Assembly: GCA_041662205.1 (NCBI GenBank) | Contig: JBAZSZ010000001.1 | Span: forward strand, 226,494 to 290,493 | Origin: Minisyncoccota bacterium | GTDB taxonomy: Bacteria > Patescibacteriota > Minisyncoccia > Phycocordibacterales > UBA9973 | Direction of reading: 5' to 3' | DNA length: 64,000 nt | Shown here: piece by piece, positions 27,852 to 38,577 of the stretch | Layout: each line of letters opens with the position of its first letter | Numbering within the stretch: the stretch's first letter is position 1 | Notes under the pieces: model-generated | Told to the model about the DNA's origin: nothing | Seen by the model: only the letters and a program-made list of their open reading frames with translations | Databases searched by the model: none | Made by a program: the position numbers and the translations under genes

Positions 27852-29136
27852 TATGCAAAAAATTTTAATTATAGGTTCTGGCGGAAGGGAACACGCTATC
27901 GGGTGGAAAGTAGCGCAATCACCAAAAGCTGGACAGATCTTTTTCGCCCCTGGAAATGGCGGAACTAGCGATATCGGCATCAATGTAGATATAAAAGCGA
28001 CAGATATTTCTGGATTATTAGAATTTGCTCAAAAAGAAAAAATAGATTTGACATTGGCCTTGCCTGATGACCCGCTCGCACTTGGAATTGCAGACGAATT
28101 TAAAAAAAGCAATTTGCGTATTTTTGGTCCGACTCAAAATGCCAGCAAAATAGAATGGTCAAAGGCTTTTTCCAAAGACTTTATGCATCGACACAATCTT
28201 TCAACTGCAAAATTTGAAACATTTGGTGATTTTGAAAAAGCCAAAGATTACGTTAGAAGGCAATCAATGCCGATTGTTATAAAAGCGAGCGGTCTGGCCT
28301 TAGGCAAAGGTGTAATCATTTGCCAGAATCTAGAAGAAGCAAATAAAGCGCTCGAGGATATGTTTGTAAAAAAAGTTTTTGGAGATGCTGGCACTACCAT
28401 AGTGATAGAAGAATTTTTAATCGGACCAGAAATTTCTATTCATGCTTTTACGGACGGTCAGAATTATAAAATGTTTCCTACTTCACAGGATCATAAGAAA
28501 ATAGGTGAAAATGATACTGGGTTGAATACCGGCGGAATGGGTACGATTGCACCACTTCCTTTTGTAACAGATGAACTTTTGGAAAATATTGAGAAAAATA
28601 TCGTCGCTCCAACTGTTGACGCCATGAGCAAAGACGGCAATCCATTTTTAGGTGTGATTTATCCCGGACTCATGCTCACCCAAAATGGTCCTAAAATTCT
28701 TGAATATAATGCGCGTTTTGGTGACCCAGAAACACAAACCTATATGCGACTTTTAGATACGGATATCTTAGACATTTTTAACGCCTGTGTTGATGGGAAG
28801 CTCGATCAAATACAAATAAATTGGAGTAAAAAATTTGCTTGCACGATAGTCCTGGCTTCTGGAGGGTATCCGGAAAATTACGAAAAGGGGAAAGTAATTT
28901 CAGGAATTGAAGAAGCAGAAATGCAACCAGATATTGTAGTCTTCCATGCTGGTACAAAAATACAGAATAATCAGCTTGTTACAAACGGCGGACGAGTGCT
29001 AGGGGTTACTGCTACTGGCGACACCCTAGAAGAAGCGCTTGAAAAAGCTTACAAAGCCATAGAAAAAATTTCTTTTGAAGGTATGCAATACCGAAAAGAT
29101 ATAGGCAAAGGTGCACTAAAAATAAAAAATTTCTAA
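27844..29136 (+). CDS. purD: Phosphoribosylamine-glycine ligase
   Basis: GSGGREHA, GLALGKGV, QDHK, NTGGMG, EYNARFGDPE. Confidence 0.98.
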   Translation: MNNMQKILIIGSGGREHAIGWKVAQSPKAGQIFFAPGNGGTSDIGINVDIKATDISGLLEFAQKEKIDLTLALPDDPLALGIADEFKKSNLRIFGPTQNASKIEWSKAFSKDFMHRHNLSTAKFETFGDFEKAKDYVRRQSMPIVIKASGLALGKGVIICQNLEEANKALEDMFVKKVFGDAGTTIVIEEFLIGPEISIHAFTDGQNYKMFPTSQDHKKIGENDTGLNTGGMGTIAPLPFVTDELLENIEKNIVAPTVDAMSKDGNPFLGVIYPGLMLTQNGPKILEYNARFGDPETQTYMRLLDTDILDIFNACVDGKLDQIQINWSKKFACTIVLASGGYPENYEKGKVISGIEEAEMQPDIVVFHAGTKIQNNQLVTNGGRVLGVTATGDTLEEALEKAYKAIEKISFEGMQYRKDIGKGALKIKNF

Positions 29137-30515
29137 TTATCCCAATTGAAAAATTGTTCTCGGTCTGGGCCGGTACCGACGGAGATGATCTTTATATTAA
29201 GGTCGGAGAGTTTATTTTTTATATATTTTAAATAGGAGACGAGTTCTTTGGAAACTTTCTTTTTATTGTTTACGCCGTAATTTTTTTCTCCCCAGCCGTG
29301 GATATCTTCTGTCACCACATTCGTTACTTTACTTAAATAAAGTGGAAACTCTTTTAAAATTTTATTTTTATTTTTCTCTTTTACTTTGTATCCCGTGACC
29401 ACTTTTATTTTATCACTCAAACAAATATCAGCTTTGTTTATAAAAATTCTATTTGCACCCGAAAGCTCTATGGCATGGCGCAAAGCAAATAAATCAAGCC
29501 AACCGCACATCCGCGGACGGCCAGTAGTCGCTCCGAATTCTTGCCCCGCATTCTGAAAAAGCTTTTCCAATGCTTCATCTTTTATTCTAGCAGGGAAGTT
29601 TCCACCGCCTACTTTAGTAGTATAAGCCTTGATCACTCCATAGATATTTCGCAAATAAGTATGAGGCACGCCCAAACCCAAGCAAACGTTGGCTGGTAGG
29701 GTATTACTGCTTGTAACATTAGGATAATCACCAAAATCAACATCCAACATCACCGCTTGTGCGCCTTCGGCTAAAATATTTTTTCCGTCTTTCAGTCTTT
29801 TTTGAATTAAAGATGATACGTCACAAATTTTAAGTTTCTTTATTTCTTTTACTACTTTCAACCATTTTTTCTTTGATTTTTTTATTTTTTTTAGATCAAT
29901 TTCAAAACCATATTTTTCTCGGTACATATTCAAAAGATTCATATGAAATTCAGACAAAATCTTTTCTTTCTTTTCAAAATCCGGTAATAATATATCACCC
30001 ATCAAAAATGCTCTCCTGTTTCGCACATCAGCATAAGCTGGACCAATACCTCTAGATGTCGTACCTATCTTTGTTCCTAGTTTATCGTTTAATTTACTTC
30101 GGCGATGTTCTTCGGCTTGATCTAAAAAAGGATGTAAGTATGAAACTAATTTTGCTCGATTAGAAATAAAAAGACGAGGAACAACATTGAATCCTAAATT
30201 TTTTAATTGAGCAATTTCTGAAATCAAAGACACAGCATCTACCACAACACCATTGCCAATAAATAATTCAATTTTTTTGTGAAGGCAACCAGACGGAACA
30301 ATGTGCCCAATAAAAGTAGTTTTGCCTATTTTGAGAGTGTGTCCAGCATTAGCACCCCCTTGAAAACGAGCTACTCCAGAATAGATACCAGAAGATAAAA
30401 GTTGGTCTATATTTTTACCTTTTCCTTCGTCTCCCCATTGAAGGCCGACAACCACGTCGATAAATCCTTTATTGCCCAACACTGTAGTTAGGAGATTCTT
30501 TAGTAATGACGACAT
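29133..30515 (-). CDS. purA: Adenylosuccinate synthetase
   Basis: [30 protein letters not shown]; start uncertain. Confidence 0.96.
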   Translation of the reverse strand: MSSLLKNLLTTVLGNKGFIDVVVGLQWGDEGKGKNIDQLLSSGIYSGVARFQGGANAGHTLKIGKTTFIGHIVPSGCLHKKIELFIGNGVVVDAVSLISEIAQLKNLGFNVVPRLFISNRAKLVSYLHPFLDQAEEHRRSKLNDKLGTKIGTTSRGIGPAYADVRNRRAFLMGDILLPDFEKKEKILSEFHMNLLNMYREKYGFEIDLKKIKKSKKKWLKVVKEIKKLKICDVSSLIQKRLKDGKNILAEGAQAVMLDVDFGDYPNVTSSNTLPANVCLGLGVPHTYLRNIYGVIKAYTTKVGGGNFPARIKDEALEKLFQNAGQEFGATTGRPRMCGWLDLFALRHAIELSGANRIFINKADICLSDKIKVVTGYKVKEKNKNKILKEFPLYLSKVTNVVTEDIHGWGEKNYGVNNKKKVSKELVSYLKYIKNKLSDLNIKIISVGTGPDREQFFNWDN

Positions 30516-31983
30516 CGTGAGGATGACTTTCTTTTATACCAGAATTAGTGATACGAACAAATCTTACATTATCTTGAAGAGTTTTTATATTTTCGGTTCC
30601 ACAATATCCCATGCCAGCACGGAGGCCTCCAACAAGCTGATAAATTACTTCCGCTAAGACACCCTTGAAAGAAACTCTACCGACTATTCCTTCGGGTACA
30701 AGTTTTTTAATATCTTCTTCCATGTCTTGAAAATATCGGTCTTTAGAGCCGAGCTGCATAGCCTCGATAGAACCCATGCCACGATAAGTTTTATATTTTC
30801 TGGATTCAAAAATAATTATTTCACCAGGGGATTCTTCAACTCCAGCAAAGAGGGAACCAGCCATAACAGAACTTGCTCCAGCCGCGATGGCTTTGGTAAT
30901 GTCGCCTGTATATCTGATACCTCCATCAGCAATAATTGGCACATTTGTACCTTTTAAAGCTTGTGCTACTTCATACACAGCAGAAAATTGAGGATAACCC
31001 ACGCCAGTGATTACTCTAGTAGTGCAAATTGATCCTGGTCCAATGCCGACTTTCACTGCATCTGCTCCAGCTTTGACTAAAGCCAGTGCTGCCTCTCCTG
31101 TAGCAATATTTCCGGCAATAACTTCTAATTGAGGAAATTCTTTTTTTATTTTTTTTAACATTTCGATCACCCCTTTTGAATGACCGTGAGCAGTATCGAT
31201 AGCTACCACATCTACCCCATTTTGCACTAAAGCTCTAACTCTTTCCAAGGTATCATTTGATATCCCGACTGCGGCACCGACACGCAGACGACCCAAATTA
31301 TCTCGAGAAGATTTTGGACGAGATTTTACTTTCATTATATCTTTATAAGTGATGAGACCAATAAGTTTATTTTTACTATCAACCAATGGCAATTTCTCAA
31401 CTTTGTGTTCAGTTAATATTTTTTCAGCTTCTTTCAGATCAGTGCGAATATTTCCGGTTATCAAATTTTCTTTGGTCATGATTTCACCCACTGAAAGTTC
31501 TAGATTTTCCTGAAATCGTAAATCACGATTGGTCAAAATTCCTTTTAATTCCATATTTTTATCTACGATTGGAATCCCGCCAATTTTGTTTTCCTTCATA
31601 ATAGAAAAAGCCTCACTAAGCAAGGATTCCGGTGTTAAAGTTATAGGGTCATGAATCATGCCACTTTCAGAACGTTTCACTTTGCGTACTTCAGCGGCTT
31701 GTTTTTCAATACTCATATTCTTATGAATAATTCCTATGCCTCCTTCTTGAGCCATTGCTATAGCCATCGCTCCTTCAGTAACCATATCCATGGCGGCAGA
31801 AACAATGGGGATGCTGAGTGTTATTTTTTTAGTAAGCTTTGAAGAAATATCTACATCTCGAGGCAAGACTTCTGAATATTGTGGTACCAGTAAAACATCA
31901 TCATAAGCCAAACCTTCTTTAAAGTTTTCTTTATCTTTTTTAACTTTATTTAATACTTTATTTTTTATTACTTTCAAAGCCAT
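30469..31983 (-). CDS. guaB: IMP dehydrogenase
   Basis: CBS pair, [17 protein letters not shown]. Confidence 0.98.
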   Translation of the reverse strand: MALKVIKNKVLNKVKKDKENFKEGLAYDDVLLVPQYSEVLPRDVDISSKLTKKITLSIPIVSAAMDMVTEGAMAIAMAQEGGIGIIHKNMSIEKQAAEVRKVKRSESGMIHDPITLTPESLLSEAFSIMKENKIGGIPIVDKNMELKGILTNRDLRFQENLELSVGEIMTKENLITGNIRTDLKEAEKILTEHKVEKLPLVDSKNKLIGLITYKDIMKVKSRPKSSRDNLGRLRVGAAVGISNDTLERVRALVQNGVDVVAIDTAHGHSKGVIEMLKKIKKEFPQLEVIAGNIATGEAALALVKAGADAVKVGIGPGSICTTRVITGVGYPQFSAVYEVAQALKGTNVPIIADGGIRYTGDITKAIAAGASSVMAGSLFAGVEESPGEIIIFESRKYKTYRGMGSIEAMQLGSKDRYFQDMEEDIKKLVPEGIVGRVSFKGVLAEVIYQLVGGLRAGMGYCGTENIKTLQDNVRFVRITNSGIKESHPHDVVITKESPNYSVGQ

Positions 31984-32008
31984 AATATATCGTGTATACT
32001 ACCATATT

Positions 32009-33535
32009 ATGAATGATATACAAATACTGATTGTGGACTATGGGTCGCAATATACATTGGTTATTGGTAGAACTCTGCGTGAGCTTGGCATACGAAGCAT
32101 AATATTACCACCGAATAAAGCGGACAACTGGCTAAAAAATAATACTCCTAAAGCAGTTATCCTCTCTGGAAGCAACTGGAGTGTTCACAACCAAGGAGCA
32201 CCAAGTATTCCCCAAATACTTGATACTACAGGTAAAAAATATTTAATTTTAGGAATATGTTACGGTATGCAACTCTTGGCATATAAAAAGGGAGGCAAAG
32301 TAGAACGACCACTCGGACATAGAGAATATGGACCAGCTACAGTAACGCTAAAAACTACACATCCTCTTTTTAATACAGTTTCTAAAAAAACTCAAGTCTG
32401 GGCAAGTCATGGAGACACTGTCACGAAACTTCCAAAAGGTTTTTTTTCTATCGCGACGTCCGGCGGGAATGCAGCAATGAGTGACAAGACTAATCGCGTG
32501 CTCGGAATTCAATTTCATCCAGAAGTCGTAGACACAAAAGAAGGTAAAAAGATATTGCAAAATTTTTTAGATATGGCTAATTGTAAAAAAGACTGGAACC
32601 CCACAAATTTAATCCACGAAATTCAAAAAGAAGTTTTGGAAATTGTGGGCGAGAAAGAAAAAGTTATTTTAGGGGTTTCTGGCGGAGTGGACTCTACTAC
32701 TTTGGCTGCTGTACTCGCTCCAGTTTTGGGCAAAAGATTAATTTGTGTAGCTATTGATACCGGAGGTTTAAGACAAAATGAAGTAGCAGAATTGAAAAAT
32801 AATACTAAAAGTACTGGCATTAAAAATCTAAATATAATTTCAGCCGGAGATGAATTTATAAAAAATATTGGTACAACAATTGACGGAGAGAAAAAAAGAG
32901 CAAAGTTCCGTACTGTTTACAAGAGAATTTTTGAAGAACAAATAAAAAAAGCAGGCGCAAAATTTATTGTTCAAGGAACTTTAGCGACTGACATCATCGA
33001 AAGTGGAAAAGCAGGGGAGTCAGCTATGATCAAAACGCATCACAATGTAGGTCTCAACTGGAAAGTAGAAGACTTACATCCTTTTCGTAATTTATTTAAA
33101 TATGAAGTTCGAGAGCTTGCTCGAGTGCTCAAACTTCCAAAAGCTATTTCAGAACGTAACCCTTTCCCAGGTCCAGGTTTATTTTTGAGAATTGTCGGCA
33201 CGCCAGTTTCTAAAGAAAAACTCGAACTCGTACGGGAAGCAGATAAAACTGTAACAGATATATTAAAAAAACATGATGTCGCCAAAGATATTTCTCAGCT
33301 AATTGTTGCGCTTCTTGGTGTCGATTCTGTTGGAGTAAAAGGAGATGAACGAGTTTACGGTCATTCTATTGCAATTCGTGCTGTGCAAACAGTAGATTTT
33401 ATGACTGCTAAAGGTTACTATTTTCCAGAAGTAGTGATGGAAGAAATTACAAACGCTCTCACTAAACATAAAGGCATAGTCCGGGTATTTTTTGACATGA
33501 CCCCTAAACCTCCGGCTACAACGGAGTTTGAGTAA
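32009..33535 (+). CDS. guaA: GMP synthase
   Basis: GICYGMQ, QFHPEV, SGGVDS, IKTHHN, PFPGPG, KPPATTEFE. Confidence 0.98.
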   Translation: MNDIQILIVDYGSQYTLVIGRTLRELGIRSIILPPNKADNWLKNNTPKAVILSGSNWSVHNQGAPSIPQILDTTGKKYLILGICYGMQLLAYKKGGKVERPLGHREYGPATVTLKTTHPLFNTVSKKTQVWASHGDTVTKLPKGFFSIATSGGNAAMSDKTNRVLGIQFHPEVVDTKEGKKILQNFLDMANCKKDWNPTNLIHEIQKEVLEIVGEKEKVILGVSGGVDSTTLAAVLAPVLGKRLICVAIDTGGLRQNEVAELKNNTKSTGIKNLNIISAGDEFIKNIGTTIDGEKKRAKFRTVYKRIFEEQIKKAGAKFIVQGTLATDIIESGKAGESAMIKTHHNVGLNWKVEDLHPFRNLFKYEVRELARVLKLPKAISERNPFPGPGLFLRIVGTPVSKEKLELVREADKTVTDILKKHDVAKDISQLIVALLGVDSVGVKGDERVYGHSIAIRAVQTVDFMTAKGYYFPEVVMEEITNALTKHKGIVRVFFDMTPKPPATTEFE

Positions 33536-33547
33536 AAAAATAAATTT

Positions 33548-35047
33548 ATGAATAAAAAAATAACAAAAAAAATTCAGAGTGCTTTAATTTCAGTTTTTAA
33601 TAAAGATGGACTGGAAGAAATAGTTAAACTACTTGCTAAGCATAATGTGAAAATTATTTCGACTGGCGGTACTGCGGAATTTATCCGCAAGCTCAATGTG
33701 CCGGTAACTGAAGTGGAGAAAATCACAAATTATCCTGCATTATTTGGAGGTAGAGTAAAAACACTGCAACCGCAAATTTTTGGCGGGATTTTAAATCGCC
33801 GGGATAACCAAAATGATCAAAAAGAAAAAACAGAGCATAAAATAGAAGATATCGATCTAGTAATAGTGGACTTATATCCTTTTGAAGAAACTCTCGCTAG
33901 TGGCGCAGATGAAGAAGAAATCATAGAAAAAATAGACATCGGAGGAATATCATTAATTCGCGCAGCCGCAAAAAATTTTAATGATGTAGTTGTAATTTCT
34001 TCAAAGAATCAATATAAAGAACTTTTGCAAATACTAGAAAATGGTAATGAAACTAGTTTAGAAGAAAGAAAAAAATTCGCAGGCAATGCTTTTGAAGTGA
34101 CGAGTCTTTACGATAGTGCTATACGTGGATATTTCCAAGGCAAAAAACTTCGTTACGGGGAAAACCCTCACCAAAAATCAGAATTCATAGGTAGTCTCGA
34201 AGAAAGTTTCATCCAACTTCACGGTAAAGAACTTTCATATAATAATTTAATAGATACTGAGGCGGCCATTATGGCTGTTTATGATTTCAAGGACCCTGCT
34301 TTTGGTATAGTCAAACATATGAATACTTGTGGTTTAGCTGTTAGACCCGAAGGACATTTATTTGAGGCATACGAGGCGGCTTATAATGCCGATCCACTTT
34401 CAGCTTTTGGTGGCATACTTGCAGCCAATAGAATTATCGAGGAAGATATCGCTAGGCTCATAAAAGAACAAAAACTTTTTGTAGAAGTTATCATCGCGCC
34501 AGATTTTTCCAGGGAAGCTTTAAATATATTAATGGAGAAAAAAGATTGTAGAATTTTAAAATGGAAAAATCCAAATCTTTCAGCAAAACAAAACCGAACT
34601 TGTTTTACAGGAATTCTTTCGCAAGATCGAGACACTCATATAGAAACTGAAGGAGATTTTAAAATAGTCACAAAACGTGAACCAACAAATCAAGAAAAAA
34701 AAGATTTACTCATAGCCGCAGTGATAACAAAGCATTTAAAATCAAATGCCATAGCCCTAGTGAAAGATGGCACACTTATTTCTATGGGGTGCGGGCAAAC
34801 ATCACGCATTGATGCATTAAAGCAAGCCATCGATAAAGCTAGGAAATTTAATTTTTCGCTCAAGGGCGCAGTGATGTCATCAGAAGCATTTTTCCCATTT
34901 CCTGACTGCGTAGAGCTAGCGGGAGAAGAAGGTATCACCGCGGTACTTCATCCTGGAGGTTCGAAAAATGACCAAACGTCAATCGACATGGCGGACAAAT
35001 ATAATATAGCAATGGTAACAACTAGTTTCAGACATTTTAAACACTAA
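33548..35047 (+). CDS. purH: Bifunctional AICAR transformylase/IMP cyclohydrolase
   Basis: STGGT, GRVKTL, IDIGG, LRYGENPHQ, RHFKH. Confidence 0.98.
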   Translation: MNKKITKKIQSALISVFNKDGLEEIVKLLAKHNVKIISTGGTAEFIRKLNVPVTEVEKITNYPALFGGRVKTLQPQIFGGILNRRDNQNDQKEKTEHKIEDIDLVIVDLYPFEETLASGADEEEIIEKIDIGGISLIRAAAKNFNDVVVISSKNQYKELLQILENGNETSLEERKKFAGNAFEVTSLYDSAIRGYFQGKKLRYGENPHQKSEFIGSLEESFIQLHGKELSYNNLIDTEAAIMAVYDFKDPAFGIVKHMNTCGLAVRPEGHLFEAYEAAYNADPLSAFGGILAANRIIEEDIARLIKEQKLFVEVIIAPDFSREALNILMEKKDCRILKWKNPNLSAKQNRTCFTGILSQDRDTHIETEGDFKIVTKREPTNQEKKDLLIAAVITKHLKSNAIALVKDGTLISMGCGQTSRIDALKQAIDKARKFNFSLKGAVMSSEAFFPFPDCVELAGEEGITAVLHPGGSKNDQTSIDMADKYNIAMVTTSFRHFKH

Positions 35048-35165
35048 AATAGTAAAGTTGACAAGTCCTTCTCAGAGTGTATCCTTTAAAGGAATCTAAT
35101 AAAAAAATTTGTTTAGGATTTGCTTTGTAAATCCTTTTGAAAAATCAATATTAAAGGAGGCATAT

Positions 35166-35546
35166 ATGCTAAAGTTAGAATTAGAAGTCAAAAATTTGTT
35201 GCGATTTTATTGTAACAAATCTTTTCGAGAAGTATGTAAATTATTAATCAATGACACATGCCCTGTACTTACTGATGATATAGTAGCGGGCATGTATATT
35301 GTAGCATTCTCCAGATACGAATCTAGAACCGAAGTGTTTGAGGACCTGCCCACAGAGGAATGCAGAGAGCATTTTATAAAAATTAGGGGAGGGAGCTTCA
35401 AAAGATTTATCCTCTTCAAAAAAGAAGACGACAATGGTGTTCTCGTAGGACAAGGTGTCGATGAGAATTACTACGTTGTCCTCAGCTGGGACAGAAATGG
35501 TTATGATCTTTGGGAACCGGAAGTGCTGTTTCCAAGTAACAGATGA
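35166..35546 (+). CDS. Hypothetical protein (paralog A)
   Basis: AAGGAGG SD; TTGACA-16-TATCCT promoter at 35058. Confidence 0.7.
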   Translation: MLKLELEVKNLLRFYCNKSFREVCKLLINDTCPVLTDDIVAGMYIVAFSRYESRTEVFEDLPTEECREHFIKIRGGSFKRFILFKKEDDNGVLVGQGVDENYYVVLSWDRNGYDLWEPEVLFPSNR

Positions 35547-35591
35547 ATGCTTGAAAAATAGCAAAAAACATTTAACTTGGGAGGTCAAACG

Positions 35592-35975
35592 ATGAACAAA
35601 GAAGGTTATTCTTTTTTAAAAGTAACTTCGATGCGTGAACTATGTAATGCTCTGGTTGTAAACGAAACACCTTTTCTCGACATAAACTTGTTGAGAATGT
35701 TTTCTGCAGTTTCAACATCAACGTTTGAATCGCAGTATTGGATTTCTGTAAATATTCCAAAGAAATCCAAAAAACATTTCAGGATAATTCAGAAGCTCGG
35801 GGGTATCATAAATCCATTCTTCACAAGATTTACACTTTTTTTAAAATCATCTGATGGAATAATCGTAGGTTTCAGAGACGATAAAACTTATTTTGTTGTC
35901 GCCGCTTGGGACAAAAATGGAATTGATCTTTGGACTCCAAAGATTGATGTTCCTGAAGGAATAAGTAGTAGTTGA
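35592..35975 (+). CDS. Hypothetical protein (paralog B)
   Basis: GGAGG SD; shares F.RF.LF...G...Y.VV..WD.NG.DLW.P with previous ORF. Confidence 0.7.
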   Translation: MNKEGYSFLKVTSMRELCNALVVNETPFLDINLLRMFSAVSTSTFESQYWISVNIPKKSKKHFRIIQKLGGIINPFFTRFTLFLKSSDGIIVGFRDDKTYFVVAAWDKNGIDLWTPKIDVPEGISSS

Positions 35976-35995
35976 TGGATCCGAACCTACTATCA

Positions 35996-36035
35996 AAAGG
36001 CCAACATGCTCCGGGAGGAAAGTGTGTTGGCCTTT
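35996..36035 (+). terminator. Hairpin after paralog pair, before purE
   Basis: AAAGGCCAACATGCT/AGTGTGTTGGCCTTT. Confidence 0.6.
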
Positions 36036-36073
36036 AGCATTTGTTTTAAATTAAAAAAATGATAAGATAAAAT

Positions 36074-36595
36074 ATGGAAAAAAATCCTATTGTTGGTATA
36101 GTCATGGGCTCAGATTCTGATTTAGAAGTGATGGCAGAAGCAGCGAAAGTTTTCGAAGAATTTAATGTGCCTTTTGATCTGACTGTGGCTTCAGCGCATC
36201 GCAGTCCTGACTTAGTGCACAAATATACAACTAGCGCAAAATCCCGCGGATTAAAAATTATTATCGCAGGTGCAGGTGGAGCAGCGCATCTAGCTGGGGT
36301 CATCGCATCACTCACGACTCTTCCAGTCATTGGTGTACCTATTAAAACAAAGAACCTAGACGGTCTCGATTCAATTCTTTCTACTATCAATATGCCCCCA
36401 GGCATACCTGTCGCAACTGTCGGAATTAACTCTGCAAAAAATGCTGGGTTGTTAGCTATTACCATACTTGCCATAAATGATAAAAATTTAGAAAAAAAAT
36501 TAATTGCCTATAAAAATAAAATGAAAGTGGAGGTGAAAATAAAAGGAGAGAAACTTTTAAAAGTTGGATATAAAAAATATTTAAATAATAAATAA
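36074..36595 (+). CDS. purE: N5-CAIR mutase
   Basis: MGSDSD, SAHR, AGGAAHL, PVIGVP, MPPGIPVATV. Confidence 0.97.
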   Translation: MEKNPIVGIVMGSDSDLEVMAEAAKVFEEFNVPFDLTVASAHRSPDLVHKYTTSAKSRGLKIIIAGAGGAAHLAGVIASLTTLPVIGVPIKTKNLDGLDSILSTINMPPGIPVATVGINSAKNAGLLAITILAINDKNLEKKLIAYKNKMKVEVKIKGEKLLKVGYKKYLNNK

Positions 36596-36599
36596 AAAA

Positions 36600-37640
36600 A
36601 TGAGCGACTTGTATAAACAAGCTGGTGTAAATATTGAAGCTGGAAACGAAGTTGTAAGGCGGATCAAAGAAAGTGTGGCGAGTACTCACACTAATGCTGT
36701 ACTTACAAATATCGGACACTTTGGAGGACTATATGATTTAGGAGAAATTATTAAAAATTATAAACATCCGATCTTAGTACAAAGCATCGATGGTGTAGGA
36801 ACAAAACTTTTAGTAGCGAAAATGGCAAACAAATACGACTCCGTAGGTGAAGATATGGTCGGACATAGTTGTGGGGATATTCTCGCAATGGGTGCACGGC
36901 CTATTACATTTCTAGACTATGTCGCCAATGAGACACTTATACCAGAAGAAATGGAACAAATGGTTAGAGGTATGGCAAAGGCCTGCAAAGATGCGGGAGT
37001 CGCCATTATTGGCGGCGAAACCGCTGAAATGCCAGGTGTATACATGAAAGGCGAACATGATATCGCTGGATGTATTTCTGGTATAGTAGAAAAAGATAAA
37101 ATAATAACAGGAGAGAAAATTACAGAAGGAGATATTATTTTTGGCCTTGCCTCATCAGGACTACATACAAATGGATTTTCTCTTGCCAGAAAATTAATTT
37201 TTGAAAAAGCCTCACATACGGTAGAAGAAAAAATTCCAGAACTTGGCATGACAGTAGGGGAAGCGCTTTTGCAAGTTCACACTAATTATACAAAGCCAAT
37301 ACTAGAAATACTTGATTCTGAAATTGAAATAAAAGGCATCGCGCATATTACTGGCGGAGGATTTGTAGAAAATATTCCTCGCATACTTCCTAAAAATTTG
37401 AATGCAGAAATAAAAAAGGGTTCTTGGCCCGTCCTTCCAATTTTCTCTTTTATGCAAAAAATTGGTACTATTAGTGAACAGGAAATGTACACTGCATTCA
37501 ATATGGGTATTGGTATGGTTCTGGTTTCCAAAATATCAGAGAAAACAAGAATTGAAGAAATTTTAAAAAAATATCAAAATTATAAAATTTATGAAATTGG
37601 AAAAATTATTAATGGAGAAGGAAAAGTAATTTTTATATAA
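36600..37640 (+). CDS. purM: AIR synthase
   Basis: YKQAGV, DGVGTK, GGETAEMP, SSGLHTNG, HITGGG, FNMGIG. Confidence 0.98.
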   Translation: MSDLYKQAGVNIEAGNEVVRRIKESVASTHTNAVLTNIGHFGGLYDLGEIIKNYKHPILVQSIDGVGTKLLVAKMANKYDSVGEDMVGHSCGDILAMGARPITFLDYVANETLIPEEMEQMVRGMAKACKDAGVAIIGGETAEMPGVYMKGEHDIAGCISGIVEKDKIITGEKITEGDIIFGLASSGLHTNGFSLARKLIFEKASHTVEEKIPELGMTVGEALLQVHTNYTKPILEILDSEIEIKGIAHITGGGFVENIPRILPKNLNAEIKKGSWPVLPIFSFMQKIGTISEQEMYTAFNMGIGMVLVSKISEKTRIEEILKKYQNYKIYEIGKIINGEGKVIFI

Positions 37641-37641
37641 A

Positions 37642-38577
37642 ATGAATCTACTAAAAGAAACAAATTTTACAGACTTAGGAGAAAAATATATTGGGAAGGT
37701 ACGAGATGTTTACATACAAAATGATAAAGTTATTATGATTTCTACTGATAGATATTCAGCTTTTGATCGCAATTTAGCTCTCATACCTTGTAAAGGGCAA
37801 GTTTTAACTCAAACAAGTAAATTTTGGTTTGAAAATACAAAAGATATAGTAAAAAATCATGTTCTAGACTTTCCAGACCCAAATGTGGTCGTAGGTAGAA
37901 AATGTAAAGTTTTACCAGTGGAAGTAGTGCCAAGAGGATATATATCTGGAGTTACAGGAACTTCTCTATGGACTTTATACCAAAAAGGAATGAGAGATTT
38001 TGGAGATTTTATTTTGCCTGATGGTATGCATAAAAATCAAAAATTGGATAAGGTTGTATTGACGCCCACCACTAAGCATGAAGAACATGACCGGCCACTT
38101 TCAAGCAAAGATGTAATTGATGGCGGATATATGACAAAAGATCAATGGGAAAAAGTTGCGGATATTTCTTTAAAACTTTTTGCCCGTGGACAAGAGATAG
38201 CTCTAACACATGGACTCATATTAGTAGATACTAAATACGAATTTGGCTTGGATGAAAACAACGAAATAATTTTAATTGATGAAATTCATACTCCAGACTC
38301 TTCTAGATATTGGCAAGCAGATTCTTACCAAACCAAAATAGACCAAGGTCTTGAGCCAGAAAATTTTGATAAGGAATTTTTACGTTTATGGTTTAAGAAA
38401 AATTGTGATCCCTATAAAGACAAGGTATTACCTGAAGCACCGATAGAGATGATAAAAGAGTTATCTAGCCGATACATCCGAATCTGCGAACAAATAACTG
38501 GTATTCCTTTTAAGGTTCAAATAGGGAATATAGCCAAACGAATAGAAAATAATCTTAAAAAATACGAAATAAAATGA
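37642..38577 (+). CDS. purC: SAICAR synthase
   Basis: GKVRD, TDRYSAFD, DTKYEFG, DEIHTPDSSR. Confidence 0.97.
   Translation: MNLLKETNFTDLGEKYIGKVRDVYIQNDKVIMISTDRYSAFDRNLALIPCKGQVLTQTSKFWFENTKDIVKNHVLDFPDPNVVVGRKCKVLPVEVVPRGYISGVTGTSLWTLYQKGMRDFGDFILPDGMHKNQKLDKVVLTPTTKHEEHDRPLSSKDVIDGGYMTKDQWEKVADISLKLFARGQEIALTHGLILVDTKYEFGLDENNEIILIDEIHTPDSSRYWQADSYQTKIDQGLEPENFDKEFLRLWFKKNCDPYKDKVLPEAPIEMIKELSSRYIRICEQITGIPFKVQIGNIAKRIENNLKKYEIK

Noticed and set aside
30469-30515. 47-nt guaB/purA overlap as a programmed frameshift
   Set aside because: No slippery site or structure; GTG/TTG starts would shorten the overlap
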